From: a bacterium
Lineage (GTDB): Bacteria > UBP6 > UBA1177
Direction of reading: 5' to 3'
Assembly (NCBI GenBank): GCA_017645765.1
Contig: JAGCNV010000016.1
Coordinates: 36,316 to 100,315 of the forward strand
DNA: 64,000 bases
Shown here: positions 28,165 to 37,148 of the stretch, piece by piece
How positions within the stretch are numbered: the first letter of the stretch is position 1
Layout: every line of letters begins with the position of its first letter
Program-made: the position numbers and the translations under genes
Notes under the pieces: generated by a model
Told to the model about the DNA's origin: nothing
Databases searched by the model: none
The model's input: the letters and a program-made list of their open reading frames with translations, nothing else

Positions 28165-30234
28165 ATGACAAGAATTGAAAAACATCCTGTCCTTGAGATT
28201 CCTCAGGGCCAGAAAGAAGTCGAATTTACTTTCGACGGCAGAAAAATGACAGGTTACGAAGGAGAGGCGGTAAGTTCGGCTCTTTTCGCAAACGGTGTCA
28301 GACAGTTTTCGCTCCACAGAAACGGCAAAGCTCCGCAGGGTATCTTCTGCGCGAACGGCCAGTGCAGCCAGTGCACGGTAATCATCGACGGACTTCCGCA
28401 GAAATCGTGCATCACTCCGCTTAAAGCAGGAATGAAGATCGAAACTCTTAACGGCGTTCCGAAACTCGCTGAAGACGACAGACCGGTAGAACACACCGAA
28501 AGACGCAACGAAAGCTGCGACGTTCTCGTTGTCGGCGGCGGCCCGAGCGGTCTCAATGCTACTATCGAACTGGCTCAGCTCGGTTTCAGCGTAATTCTGG
28601 TTGACGACAAGGCGCGCCTCGGCGGCAAACTGCTGCTTCAGACACACAAATTCTTCGGAAGCGAGGAAGACTGCTTTGCAGGAACACGCGGTGTCGACAT
28701 CGCCCACATCCTCGAAGAGAAAGTCAGAAGCTTCAAAAACGTCAAAATCTACACCGAAACAAGCGTTATCGGCGTTTTCAAAGACAAAAAGGCTGGTCTT
28801 TTCGTCAAAAATAAAAACTATGTCACAGTCGATTTCAAAGGGCTCATCCTTTCGAGCGGCGCAAGGGAAAAGTCGGTCCTCTTCAAAGGCAACGACCTCC
28901 CCGGCGTTTACGGCGCAGGCGCTTTCCAGACGCTTCTCAACCGCGACCTCGTAAAAGCGGCTAAGAAGATCCTCATCATCGGGAGCGGAAACGTCGGTCT
29001 CATCGGCGCTTACCACGCTCTTCAGGCTGGGATCGAAGTCGCTGCGATCGTTGAGATCGCTCCGAAGATCAACGGCTACAAAGTCCATGCCGACAAAATC
29101 AGAAGAATGGGCGTTCCGATCTATCTCAGCACGACAGTAATCGCGGCTGAAGGCAACGGAAAAGTCGAAAGAGTCACAGTCGCACAGGTCGATGAAAAGT
29201 GGAACCCGATCCTTGAAACAGCAAGAACATACGAAGTCGATACGCTCCTTGTCGCTGTAGGTCTGAGCTCGGCTGACGAACTTTTCACGCTGGCCGACCA
29301 GTATAAGTTCAACGTAATGAAAACCGGAGACTGCGACGAGATCGCTGAGGCTTCTTCGGCTATGTTCGGCGGCAAAATCACCGGCAGAAAGATGGCTGCT
29401 GCTCTCGGAAAAACCGATGCGGCAATAGATGAAAGCTGGCTTAAAAAGGCAGCGGTCCTCAAATCGAGACCAGGAAACACGAAAGAGCCGGAAAAACCGG
29501 TCATCACGGCAAAATTCCAGCCTAAATTCTCCTGCCTTCAGGAAATTCCGTGCAACCCCTGCACCACAGTCTGCGCTAAAAAGGCGATCAAACTCAAAGG
29601 CGAAACCGGCACGATCATGGATACGCCTTACTTCGACGGAGAATGCATCGGCTGCGGAATGTGCGTAGCTGCATGCCCAGGCCTCGCGATCGCGCTTGCA
29701 AAGAAAGTCGACGATACTAAGGCTGAGATCGTTCTTCCGTATGAATTCAACTGCGATTTCAAAGAGGGCGACAAACTTCCGCTCACCGATATCGACGGCA
29801 AATTCATCGAAGAAGGAACGGTCATCAAAACGGCTTACAACAAAAAGTACAAAACTACTCTCGTAACACTTAGCGTTTCTGCTGCTAATGTCGCTGACAT
29901 CGCGGGAATCAGATACCAGAGCGAAGAAGTCACGAAACCGCTTGCGAAACCTGATTTCACCTACGCTCCGGAAAACAGCATAGTCTGCCGCTGCGAGAGA
30001 GTAACAGTCAAGCAGATAGTCGATTTCATCAAGGAAAACAAAGTCAGAGATGTCAACCAGCTCAAACAGATAAGAGTCGGAATGGGCGCTTGCGGCAGCA
30101 AGACATGCAGCGTTCTTATGCCGATGATTTTCAGAATGGCGGGCGTCGACTGGGCGGAAGTAACTCCCGGAAGGAAGAGACCGCTGACTGTCGAAACTCC
30201 AATGTACGCAATTGTAAACGAGGAGGAAAATTAG
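28165..30234 (+). CDS. FAD/NAD(P)-binding oxidoreductase alpha subunit with N-terminal 2Fe-2S, C-terminal 4Fe-4S ferredoxin and BFD-like [2Fe-2S] modules (sarcosine oxidase alpha / L-proline dehydrogenase alpha / opine oxidase A-like)
   Basis: CANGQCSQCTVIIDG is a 2Fe-2S motif. VLVVGGGPSGLNATIELAQLGFSVILVDD is a Rossmann fold. CIGCGMCVAACPGLAI is a 4Fe-4S motif. CRCERVTVKQIVDFIKEN...GMGACGSKTC is BFD-like. A 783-aa antisense ORF at 28114..30465 is judged spurious. Confidence 0.75.
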   Translation: MTRIEKHPVLEIPQGQKEVEFTFDGRKMTGYEGEAVSSALFANGVRQFSLHRNGKAPQGIFCANGQCSQCTVIIDGLPQKSCITPLKAGMKIETLNGVPKLAEDDRPVEHTERRNESCDVLVVGGGPSGLNATIELAQLGFSVILVDDKARLGGKLLLQTHKFFGSEEDCFAGTRGVDIAHILEEKVRSFKNVKIYTETSVIGVFKDKKAGLFVKNKNYVTVDFKGLILSSGAREKSVLFKGNDLPGVYGAGAFQTLLNRDLVKAAKKILIIGSGNVGLIGAYHALQAGIEVAAIVEIAPKINGYKVHADKIRRMGVPIYLSTTVIAAEGNGKVERVTVAQVDEKWNPILETARTYEVDTLLVAVGLSSADELFTLADQYKFNVMKTGDCDEIAEASSAMFGGKITGRKMAAALGKTDAAIDESWLKKAAVLKSRPGNTKEPEKPVITAKFQPKFSCLQEIPCNPCTTVCAKKAIKLKGETGTIMDTPYFDGECIGCGMCVAACPGLAIALAKKVDDTKAEIVLPYEFNCDFKEGDKLPLTDIDGKFIEEGTVIKTAYNKKYKTTLVTLSVSAANVADIAGIRYQSEEVTKPLAKPDFTYAPENSIVCRCERVTVKQIVDFIKENKVRDVNQLKQIRVGMGACGSKTCSVLMPMIFRMAGVDWAEVTPGRKRPLTVETPMYAIVNEEEN

Positions 30235-31383
30235 ATGAAAAGTTACGATATTCTCATAATCGGCGCAGGCAGCATCGGAACACCGCTTGCATACAACCTT
30301 GCGAAAAAAGGAAAGAAAGTCTGTGTAATCGAAATGAACGCTTCCACCGGAAGAGGCCAGAACAGAGCGGCTATCGGCGGACTCAGAGCGACATTCAGCG
30401 ATCCCGCGAAAATCAAGATCTGCGCTGTTTCCATCAATGAGATCAGCCACATGAAAGAAAATCACGGAATCGATGTAGACTGGGTCGAAGGCGGCTACAT
30501 CTACCCGATCTTCGAAGAACAGACCGAGAAAAATCTGAAAGAGCTTCTCAAACTCCAGAAGAGCATGGGGCTCAATATCGACTGGGTTTCAGCTGACGAG
30601 ATCAAGGAAAGAGTTCCCGGAATACGCCCCGAAGGACTTAGAGGCGGAACATTCTCGCCGAACGACGGAAGTGCTTCCCCGCTCAAGACGACAGGCGCTT
30701 TCTACAAGCTCGCAAGAGAGTGCGGCGCAGAATTCAACTTCCACGAAAAAGTCGTTTCGATGGAAGTCAAAGGCGGAAAGATCGTTTCTGTCAAAACTGA
30801 TAAAGACACTTACTGCGCTGACCTTATCATCAACGCTGCAGGTCCATTCAGCCGCGAGATCGGTGCAATGTGCGGAGTCGACATCCCTGTTTATCCGGAC
30901 TGCCACGAAGGCGGAATCACCGAGCCGGTCGAATACTTCCTCCGTCCGATGGTTGTTGACATCAGACCTGACGCGATCTCGCTCAACTACTACTTCTACC
31001 AGAACTACGAAGGTCAGTTCGTTTTCTGCATCACCCCGAAACCTTCGATCAAAGGAACCGATATCGACAATACGAGCAACTTCATGCCGCAGGTCGTCGG
31101 AAGAATGCTTTCGCTCTATCCGAGACTCCGCAATATCCGCATCAGAAGGACGTGGAGAGGCCTTTACCCGATGACTCCGGACGGTTTCCCGATCGTCGGC
31201 AGAACGAAAGAAGTCGAAAATATGTTCCTTGCAACCGGTATGTGCGGACAGGGCTACATGATAGGCAGCGGTCTCGGCAAGATCTTGTCGGAGATAATCG
31301 TCGACAATTCGCACGAATACGATTTCATCCTCGACCAGCTCACGCTTTACCGTGACTTCTCGGGCGACGAAATGCTCAAATAA
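30235..31383 (+). CDS. FAD-dependent oxidoreductase beta subunit (DAO/sarcosine oxidase beta-like)
   Basis: MKSYDILIIGAGSIGTPLAYNLAKKGKKVCVIEMN is a GxGxxG FAD fold. The start codon abuts the stop of the alpha-subunit gene. Confidence 0.75.
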   Translation: MKSYDILIIGAGSIGTPLAYNLAKKGKKVCVIEMNASTGRGQNRAAIGGLRATFSDPAKIKICAVSINEISHMKENHGIDVDWVEGGYIYPIFEEQTEKNLKELLKLQKSMGLNIDWVSADEIKERVPGIRPEGLRGGTFSPNDGSASPLKTTGAFYKLARECGAEFNFHEKVVSMEVKGGKIVSVKTDKDTYCADLIINAAGPFSREIGAMCGVDIPVYPDCHEGGITEPVEYFLRPMVVDIRPDAISLNYYFYQNYEGQFVFCITPKPSIKGTDIDNTSNFMPQVVGRMLSLYPRLRNIRIRRTWRGLYPMTPDGFPIVGRTKEVENMFLATGMCGQGYMIGSGLGKILSEIIVDNSHEYDFILDQLTLYRDFSGDEMLK

Positions 31384-31385
31384 TC

Positions 31386-32849
31386 TCAAAAAATACTCAG
31401 AGAACACCCTTTTTCGGTGGTTTTCACAGGAAGCATCGAATCATCGGGAAATTCGTCGATGTCGCTTCCCATTTCAAGATCTTCAGGTTCGTAGGTCTCT
31501 TCTTTGATTTCGGGAAGCCCGCCCGTGCATTCATGCCTTTCGCAGAGCATTTCAAGCGCTGCAAGAGCGTTTATCCTGCCGTAACCGTACTTTTCGCTGA
31601 AGCCGTTTTCATCGTAGCCTGCATCGACTGGTGAAACTTTGTCTGCGGTTTCAGTGATTATTTCGTAAAGTTCGTCGCGGCTGAGCCCGGGATAAGCCGA
31701 AATCAGAAGCCCTGCGACTGCGGCAGCAAGAGGGGCTGCGCTGCTTGTTCCGCCGAAAGTTCCCGTGTAATCGCTCTGCGAATATCCGTACCAGCTCCGC
31801 GCGTCGATCGTCCAGATCCCGTCTTTTATCATGTCGAACGCGAACGGATTCCACACATAATCGCCGTCGATATCGGATGAAGGCGCCATAATATCGAGAT
31901 CTCTGCCGAAATCGCTGTAGTTTGACCTCTGTCCGTAGGCATTCAGCGCACCGACCGCGATCACATTTTCATTTGCGGCGTATCCGTCAAAACTTTCTTC
32001 CGCACTGATATCCTCGTTTCCGTTTCCCGCTGCAAAAAATATGACGACACCGAGCCCGTCACGCTCTTTTTCGCGGGCATATTTCACGATTTCCTTGATC
32101 ACTTCGGGCATATCCTCGCCGCCGCCGTTATCTGCCGGGCCCCAACTGTTTGAAATTATCTGAACCCCATGATCCAGAACAAAATTGAAGGCATTTGCCA
32201 TATTTTCCCCTTCACCGAGCATATCACCCGAGCGAACCGGCACTATTTTGCATTCTGGGCACGCCCCGGAGACACCTAAATCGTTGTCTTTCACCGCAGC
32301 GATAACACCGGTCACACAAGTCCCGTGCGGCTCGTTCTCATCGGCATACGGATAATCGTCCTCGTCGACCAGATCGAGCCCTTTCAGATATTTTCCCGCC
32401 ATATCGGGGTGATGCAGATCGAAAGCATCGTCGATTATACCGATTTTGACTCCGGTCCCGGCACCAAGCCCTAGACTTTCAAGATAATCCCATGCAGCCG
32501 AAACTTTTGCATCATTTCCGGCTATCCCGCGCTGACCGGTATTTTCAAGATGCCACTGGTTCGCAAAAAATGGGTCGTTGCTTTTGTACTCGATATTCAT
32601 TTTCTTATCGGGAACAGCCTTTTTTACCAAAGCAGATTTATCCAAACAATTTAACAACTTATCTTTATCATCAGCGTGAACGGCATAAAAACTCGTCCGC
32701 TTGATTTTGTAAAAATAGCTGATACCGCAATCCTTAAAATCGCTTTTCAAAAACTTGCGCGTTTCGTCTTTCAACTGCACAAAAACAGCCTCTTCGGCAA
32801 AAACTACCGAAAACATAAGCAAAATTGCGGCAAAAAAGAGTTTTTTCAT
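31386..32849 (-). CDS. Secreted subtilisin-like serine protease (peptidase S8)
   Basis: Signal peptide MKKLFFAAILLMFSVVFA. Catalytic-triad contexts IIDDAFDLHHPDM (Asp), HGTCVTGVIAA (His) and GGTSSAAPLAAAVAGLL (Ser). Confidence 0.85.
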   Translation of the reverse strand: MKKLFFAAILLMFSVVFAEEAVFVQLKDETRKFLKSDFKDCGISYFYKIKRTSFYAVHADDKDKLLNCLDKSALVKKAVPDKKMNIEYKSNDPFFANQWHLENTGQRGIAGNDAKVSAAWDYLESLGLGAGTGVKIGIIDDAFDLHHPDMAGKYLKGLDLVDEDDYPYADENEPHGTCVTGVIAAVKDNDLGVSGACPECKIVPVRSGDMLGEGENMANAFNFVLDHGVQIISNSWGPADNGGGEDMPEVIKEIVKYAREKERDGLGVVIFFAAGNGNEDISAEESFDGYAANENVIAVGALNAYGQRSNYSDFGRDLDIMAPSSDIDGDYVWNPFAFDMIKDGIWTIDARSWYGYSQSDYTGTFGGTSSAAPLAAAVAGLLISAYPGLSRDELYEIITETADKVSPVDAGYDENGFSEKYGYGRINALAALEMLCERHECTGGLPEIKEETYEPEDLEMGSDIDEFPDDSMLPVKTTEKGCSLSIF

Positions 32850-32866
32850 GCTTCACTCCGATAGTC

Positions 32867-33484
32867 TCAAAACAAACTCATTTGTTCGGGCTTTTCTTCC
32901 TTCACAAGCTTGAAACTTTTCCTGTAAATTTCGCAAGGTCCGATTTTTCTCAGAATTTCGTAATGCTCCGCAGTCGGATAGCCTTTGTGCGATGAAAGAT
33001 GGTATTCGGGATAAATTTTGTCCCATTTGTCCATAATGCGGTCGCGGTATGTCTTCGCAAGAATTGAAGCAGCTGCGATATTTATGCTTTTGGCGTCGCC
33101 TTTTACAACTGCGATCTCATTTTCAAACTGTCCGGTCAGATGGTTTCCGTCGATCATAACCATGCAGTTTTGTTCAGTTTTCCGCATTATTCTTTTGGCG
33201 CACAAACTCATTCCGAAAAGCGATGCATGCAAAATGTTCATTTCGTCGATGACTGCCGGAAGAACCGAATAAACGGCCCAGAAACTGTTGTGAATTATCT
33301 GCGGAACGAGTTCCAAACGCTTTTTTTCGGAGAGTTTTTTGGAATCATTCACGCCCGGAATTTCGATGAAAAGCGATACTGCAGCCGTCACGACAGGACC
33401 GCACAAAGGTCCTCTGCCCGCTTCGTCGGCACCGATTACAAGGAAACCCTGCTCTTTATAGATTTTATCGATTTCGCCTATCAT
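32867..33484 (-). CDS. rnhB: Ribonuclease HII
   Basis: FLVIGADEAGRGPLCGPVVTAAV contains the DEAGRG motif. 205 aa. Confidence 0.85.
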   Translation of the reverse strand: MIGEIDKIYKEQGFLVIGADEAGRGPLCGPVVTAAVSLFIEIPGVNDSKKLSEKKRLELVPQIIHNSFWAVYSVLPAVIDEMNILHASLFGMSLCAKRIMRKTEQNCMVMIDGNHLTGQFENEIAVVKGDAKSINIAAASILAKTYRDRIMDKWDKIYPEYHLSSHKGYPTAEHYEILRKIGPCEIYRKSFKLVKEEKPEQMSLF

Positions 33485-33485
33485 T

Positions 33486-34607
33486 TCAGCATTTTATCCC
33501 GTCAAAAAGTTTAATTAGTATTGCATTAAGAAAGTCACTTCCCTTTTCCGTGCACTTCAAAATGCCGCTCACTTTATCAAAATCAAGAAAGCCTTCTGAA
33601 ACAAGGTCCGAAACAACTTTTTCAGAGACAAGCTCAAAAAAGTTTTTGCCGAACAACTCTTTGAAATCTTTGATATTTATTCCGATTTTTACACGCAGGC
33701 CCATAAGCAGGAATTCTTCCAGACGCTCCTGCAAAGTTAGTTTAAACGAGCTGAGTCCGTCACTTTCGATAAAAGCCCCGATATCGTCGGCGTAACGCGA
33801 AGAAACACCTGTTTTTCTGATGAAAGAAGCCGCTCCGGCACCGATTCCGAGCCACGATCCGTAAGTCCAGTAAAGCATGTTGTGGCGCGATTCGAAGCCT
33901 TTAAGCGAATAGTTACTGATTTCGTAGCGCGAAAATCCTTTTTTTTGCAGAAAATCACGTATTTCCTTTTCCTGAAGCAGAGTTTCATCTTCATTGAGAA
34001 GCTGCGGCGCGTTTTTCCGCTCAGGTCTTGAATAGCTGTAAGCCGAAAGGTGCTTAAGCGGAGCGAGTTCAAAAACTTTAGTAAGTTCTTGATTTATTTC
34101 ACGATTTTTACCGAGACCGTAAATGAAGTCACATGAAATATTGTCAAAATATTTTGCAAAAAGAGGGATATTTTTCTGCATGTCGGAAACAGTTGTCCTG
34201 CGTCCCATTTCGGCAAGAACTGCGTCGTCAAACGCCTGAACACCGAGGCTTATCCTGTTTACTCCGCAGTTTTTAAGATTTTTTATCCACGATTCTCCGA
34301 TGTCGGCTGGGTTGACTTCGACTGTAACTTCGCAGCATCCGAGGTTTATCCCTAATTTAGAAGCGGATTCCGCGAATTTTTGAAAGAAGTTTTCGTTCAT
34401 CATCGAGGGGCTTCCGCCGCCGAAATAAACCGAGACTATTTTTGTGCCGGAAAGCTCGTTAAACCTTGATTTAAGCTCGTTCAGAAGGACTTTTCCGTAG
34501 TTTTCCAAAGCAGATTCAGAAAACTTCGTCACGCTGAAAAAATCGCAGTACAAACATTTTTTCGGGCAGAACGGAATGTGAAAATAGATTCCTGAAAAGT
34601 TGTTCAA
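33486..34607 (-). CDS. hemW: Radical SAM heme chaperone HemW (HemN-like, oxygen-independent coproporphyrinogen oxidase family)
   Basis: IYFHIPFCPKKCLYCDFFS is a CxxxCxxC radical SAM motif. 373 aa. Confidence 0.8.
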   Translation of the reverse strand: MNNFSGIYFHIPFCPKKCLYCDFFSVTKFSESALENYGKVLLNELKSRFNELSGTKIVSVYFGGGSPSMMNENFFQKFAESASKLGINLGCCEVTVEVNPADIGESWIKNLKNCGVNRISLGVQAFDDAVLAEMGRRTTVSDMQKNIPLFAKYFDNISCDFIYGLGKNREINQELTKVFELAPLKHLSAYSYSRPERKNAPQLLNEDETLLQEKEIRDFLQKKGFSRYEISNYSLKGFESRHNMLYWTYGSWLGIGAGAASFIRKTGVSSRYADDIGAFIESDGLSSFKLTLQERLEEFLLMGLRVKIGINIKDFKELFGKNFFELVSEKVVSDLVSEGFLDFDKVSGILKCTEKGSDFLNAILIKLFDGIKC

Positions 34608-34617
34608 TTTGCGACCG

Positions 34618-34929
34618 TCAAGATTTTTTGGCTGTTATATCCTCAACACCGATCGTAGCTTTCTCGGAAACGGCGATGAAAAGACGCGCCTGCACACCGT
34701 GCTTGTTGAAAAGCTCCGAAACTTCGGTGTAGATCGTGTTTTTAAGCTCTTCCTTGTCCTCGAACTTGTATTCGCCGATGAAAGTTCCTTCGGGAAGCGG
34801 CTGAAGAGTGTTTCCGAGCCTGATCTGCGCGTACAGTCCGAGTTCTTCAAGCTCATCGTGAATGAAATTTCTGTCATAATTTGCGGAAAAAAGGACTTCA
34901 AAACTCAAAAAAACAAAATAATGCTGCAT
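34618..34929 (-). CDS. Small hypothetical protein (103 aa) between the DJ-1 and hemW genes
   Basis: ORF in an operonic position with no motif recognized. Confidence 0.35.
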   Translation of the reverse strand: MQHYFVFLSFEVLFSANYDRNFIHDELEELGLYAQIRLGNTLQPLPEGTFIGEYKFEDKEELKNTIYTEVSELFNKHGVQARLFIAVSEKATIGVEDITAKKS

Positions 34930-34936
34930 AACTCAC

Positions 34937-35551
34937 CTACTCAGAAAGTTTTTCCATAACTGCGTCTGCAAATTTTTCGGCTGCATTCGGACCATTGCCC
35001 GTAACCATATTTCCGTCAGTGACAACCTCTTTATTTACGAAAGTCGCCCCCGCGTTTTCCATGACTTTGCTTGTTTTCATGCCGTATTCGGAATCGTCGC
35101 CCAGCCAGACTGTCACTTTTTTACCTTTAACGACATCGGCTTTTGCGAGGATCGTCGGAGCCCAGCAGATTGCAGAAAGAACTTTGTGGTGAGCAGAATT
35201 TTTCGCGATCTCTACTGCTCTGTCGTTTGCTCTTACCGAGGGAGTGCCCATTCCGCCGACAAAAACAACACCGTCAAAATCGGCTTCATTCACTTCGTCA
35301 AGCGAATACCGAACATCGAAAGTCGCACCGAACATTCCCTTTGCCATCCCTTTTTCAGTGCTGGCGACCGTGACATCGATCCCTTCGCCTAAAAACTGTT
35401 TGAACGGAACATTAAGCTCCTCGTCTCTGAAATTTTCATGGGCAATAATCATCAAAACTTTCTTTCCGCTAAGCATGTTTTCCTCCCTGGCACAGCCTAA
35501 AATCAACAAAATATCAACTAAAACTATGAAAAAAATCCTGAAAGACTTCAT
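34937..35551 (-). CDS. DJ-1/PfpI family protein (secreted/lipoprotein form)
   Basis: GKKVLMIIAHENFRDEELNVPF...ICWAPTILAKADVVKGKKVT, where the Cys in ICWAP is the nucleophile-elbow position. Signal MKSFRIFFIVLVDILLILGC. Confidence 0.75.
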   Translation of the reverse strand: MKSFRIFFIVLVDILLILGCAREENMLSGKKVLMIIAHENFRDEELNVPFKQFLGEGIDVTVASTEKGMAKGMFGATFDVRYSLDEVNEADFDGVVFVGGMGTPSVRANDRAVEIAKNSAHHKVLSAICWAPTILAKADVVKGKKVTVWLGDDSEYGMKTSKVMENAGATFVNKEVVTDGNMVTGNGPNAAEKFADAVMEKLSE

Positions 35552-35654
35552 TTAAACCCCAAAAAGCGAAAAAACAAAAAGCGCATTATTTTATAAGATA
35601 TTGATTTTCAGGCAATATTTCAGATGCAAAAAAATTTTCACCGAAAAACGAAAA

Positions 35655-35691
35655 AAAAGTTGACTTTAAATTTTTCCTGACTATAAATCCC
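35655..35691 (+). promoter_or_regulatory. Sigma70-like promoter for secG (TTGACT - 16 nt - TATAAAT)
   Basis: The sequence ttgactttaaatttttcctgactataaat lies about 40 nt upstream of secG. Confidence 0.4.
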
Positions 35692-35725
35692 GCCGCTGAC
35701 GTTTTTTTGATTGACGAGGTTCGCA

Positions 35726-36124
35726 ATGTTTGAGGCTTTTGCAGTCGTTCAGATAGTTATCTGCATACTGCTTGTCGTAATTATCCTTCTTCAGGAAGGT
35801 AAAAAAGGAATGGGAGCTATTTTCGGCGGTTCGAGTAGTTCTGTTTTCGGTGCAAGAGGTGCTGGAAACATTCTCACCAAGATCACTTCCGTTCTTGCGA
35901 TCCTTTTCATGCTCAACTCAGTTTGGATGTCCTACATTTCAAGTAGTGACAAATCGGTTGTAAAAATCGAGCAGCAGGCTGAGAAAACAAATCCGGCTCC
36001 GGTTGCGGCACAGCCCGCGGAAGAAAAGAAACCGGAAGCTGTCGAGCAGAAAAACGAGCAGAAAGAAGCTCCTGTCGAAGAACAGAAACCTGCTGAAGAG
36101 CAGAAAGAAGCTCCAGCTGAATAG
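35726..36124 (+). CDS. secG: Preprotein translocase subunit SecG
   Basis: MFEAFAVVQIVICILLVVIILLQEGKKGMGAIFGGSSSSVFGARGAGN is the canonical SecG N-terminus. A Lys/Glu/Pro-rich tail follows. Next is tRNA-Leu, as in the E. coli secG-leuU arrangement. Confidence 0.85.
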   Translation: MFEAFAVVQIVICILLVVIILLQEGKKGMGAIFGGSSSSVFGARGAGNILTKITSVLAILFMLNSVWMSYISSSDKSVVKIEQQAEKTNPAPVAAQPAEEKKPEAVEQKNEQKEAPVEEQKPAEEQKEAPAE

Positions 36125-36185
36125 ACAGCTGGTAGCTTCGGCAGAAGCCGATTGTTCCTTTTTATTTGAGTTTTTTCCCTCCGGT

Positions 36186-36273
36186 GCAGGAGTGGTGGAA
36201 TTGGTAGACACGTAAGACTAAGGATCTTATGCCTATTGTTGGTGTGGGGGTTCGAGTCCCCCCTTCTGCACCA
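36186..36273 (+). tRNA. tRNA-Leu (type II, long variable arm). The anticodon loop reads c-t-A-A-G-g-a, i.e. anticodon AAG with G37.
   Basis: Hand-folded. Acceptor gcaggag/cttctgc, discriminator a, encoded CCA. D-stem gtg/cac with loop gaattggtaga. Anticodon stem taaga/tctta. T-arm ggggg-ttcgagt-ccccc. Confidence 0.8.
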
Positions 36274-36303
36274 TCTTTTATATTTTCAACATTTGGATTT
36301 TGA

Positions 36304-37092
36304 ATGTCGTTTTTTTGGGTTTATCTCTTTTCTTATCTTTTTGAGAAGGATTCTATTCTTGAAAAAGCTGAAAATGTAGGATTTTTCTATAAAAACACCG
36401 AAATTTCCGAAGTAACCGTGTGCAAGCCTGAAAAAAACGCCGTCTGTGTTCAGCACAACGGCAAAATTTATCTTGCAAAAAAGAGCGGAAATCTGGAGAT
36501 CACAGCTGAAATCGTCAAAGATTCCATTCATTTGACCGTTTCGCCCGATCCTGCCTACATTTCATACTTTCTTTACATACAGAGCGGCTGCAATGTCCAC
36601 AAAATCCAGATAACGAAGCGTGAGATCATTCTCGAAGAAAAAGCAGCAAACATCACGAGGCTTCAGATAACCGGCACGGGTGTCGGCGGCCCGGAAATTC
36701 TCTGGAGCAGAAAATTCAAAGAAGAGAAACTGCCTCCTTTTTCCAACAATTTCGATACATCATTGAAATCACTAAGAAAATCTTGTAAAAAATCTAACAT
36801 TTCTATTGACAAAAGACTCGAAGAAGCTGCTCAAAAGTCTCTTGAAAAAGTACAGAGCGAAGGTTTGAAGCACTACTCTTCGAAAGACGGCGGCATCCGT
36901 CACACCGGAGTTCATAAAAAAATTCTCGGAGAAAATCTTTTTACCGCAAAAAATGAAGCTGAAGCTTGGAAAATGCTCGTTTCAAGCCCTTCGCACCTAT
37001 ACAACCTCATAAATCCGCAGTTCAGACACTATTTTTACGCAATAAAAAAAGAGAAAGACGAAACTAGCGGCGCAATAGTTTTTTCAGATTAG
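36304..37092 (+). CDS. CAP/SCP/PR-1-like (YkwD-type) domain protein
   Basis: The C-terminal part HYSSKDGGIRHTGVHKKILGENLFTAKNEAEAWKMLVSSPSHLYNLINPQFRHYFYAI resembles a CAP domain. The N-terminus is unusual and the start is uncertain. Confidence 0.45.
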   Translation: MSFFWVYLFSYLFEKDSILEKAENVGFFYKNTEISEVTVCKPEKNAVCVQHNGKIYLAKKSGNLEITAEIVKDSIHLTVSPDPAYISYFLYIQSGCNVHKIQITKREIILEEKAANITRLQITGTGVGGPEILWSRKFKEEKLPPFSNNFDTSLKSLRKSCKKSNISIDKRLEEAAQKSLEKVQSEGLKHYSSKDGGIRHTGVHKKILGENLFTAKNEAEAWKMLVSSPSHLYNLINPQFRHYFYAIKKEKDETSGAIVFSD

Positions 37093-37100
37093 TTTTCCAT

Positions 37101-37146
37101 CATTTCAAGCATGATTTTAAGAGCTACTTTGACCGCTCCGAAATCT
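37101..37146. repeat. Direct repeat, copy A (46 bp, 2 mismatches versus 39046..39091). It reproduces the 3' end of the M20 gene and on the minus strand encodes ...DFGAVKVALKIMLEMMEN-stop.
   Basis: Alignment by eye of catttcaagcatgattttaagagctactttgaccgctccgaaatct against catttcaagcatgattttaagagcaactttgaccgccccgaaatct. Confidence 0.8.
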
Positions 37147-37148
37147 CT

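Noticed and set aside
28114-30465. 783-aa stop-free ORF on the minus strand exactly antisense to the oxidoreductase alpha-subunit gene
   Set aside because: The translation is low-complexity (R/S/A/D/F-rich) with no motifs. The plus-strand frame carries clear 2Fe-2S, FAD, 4Fe-4S and BFD motifs and is followed by an abutting beta-subunit gene. Long antisense ORFs are expected in this composition.
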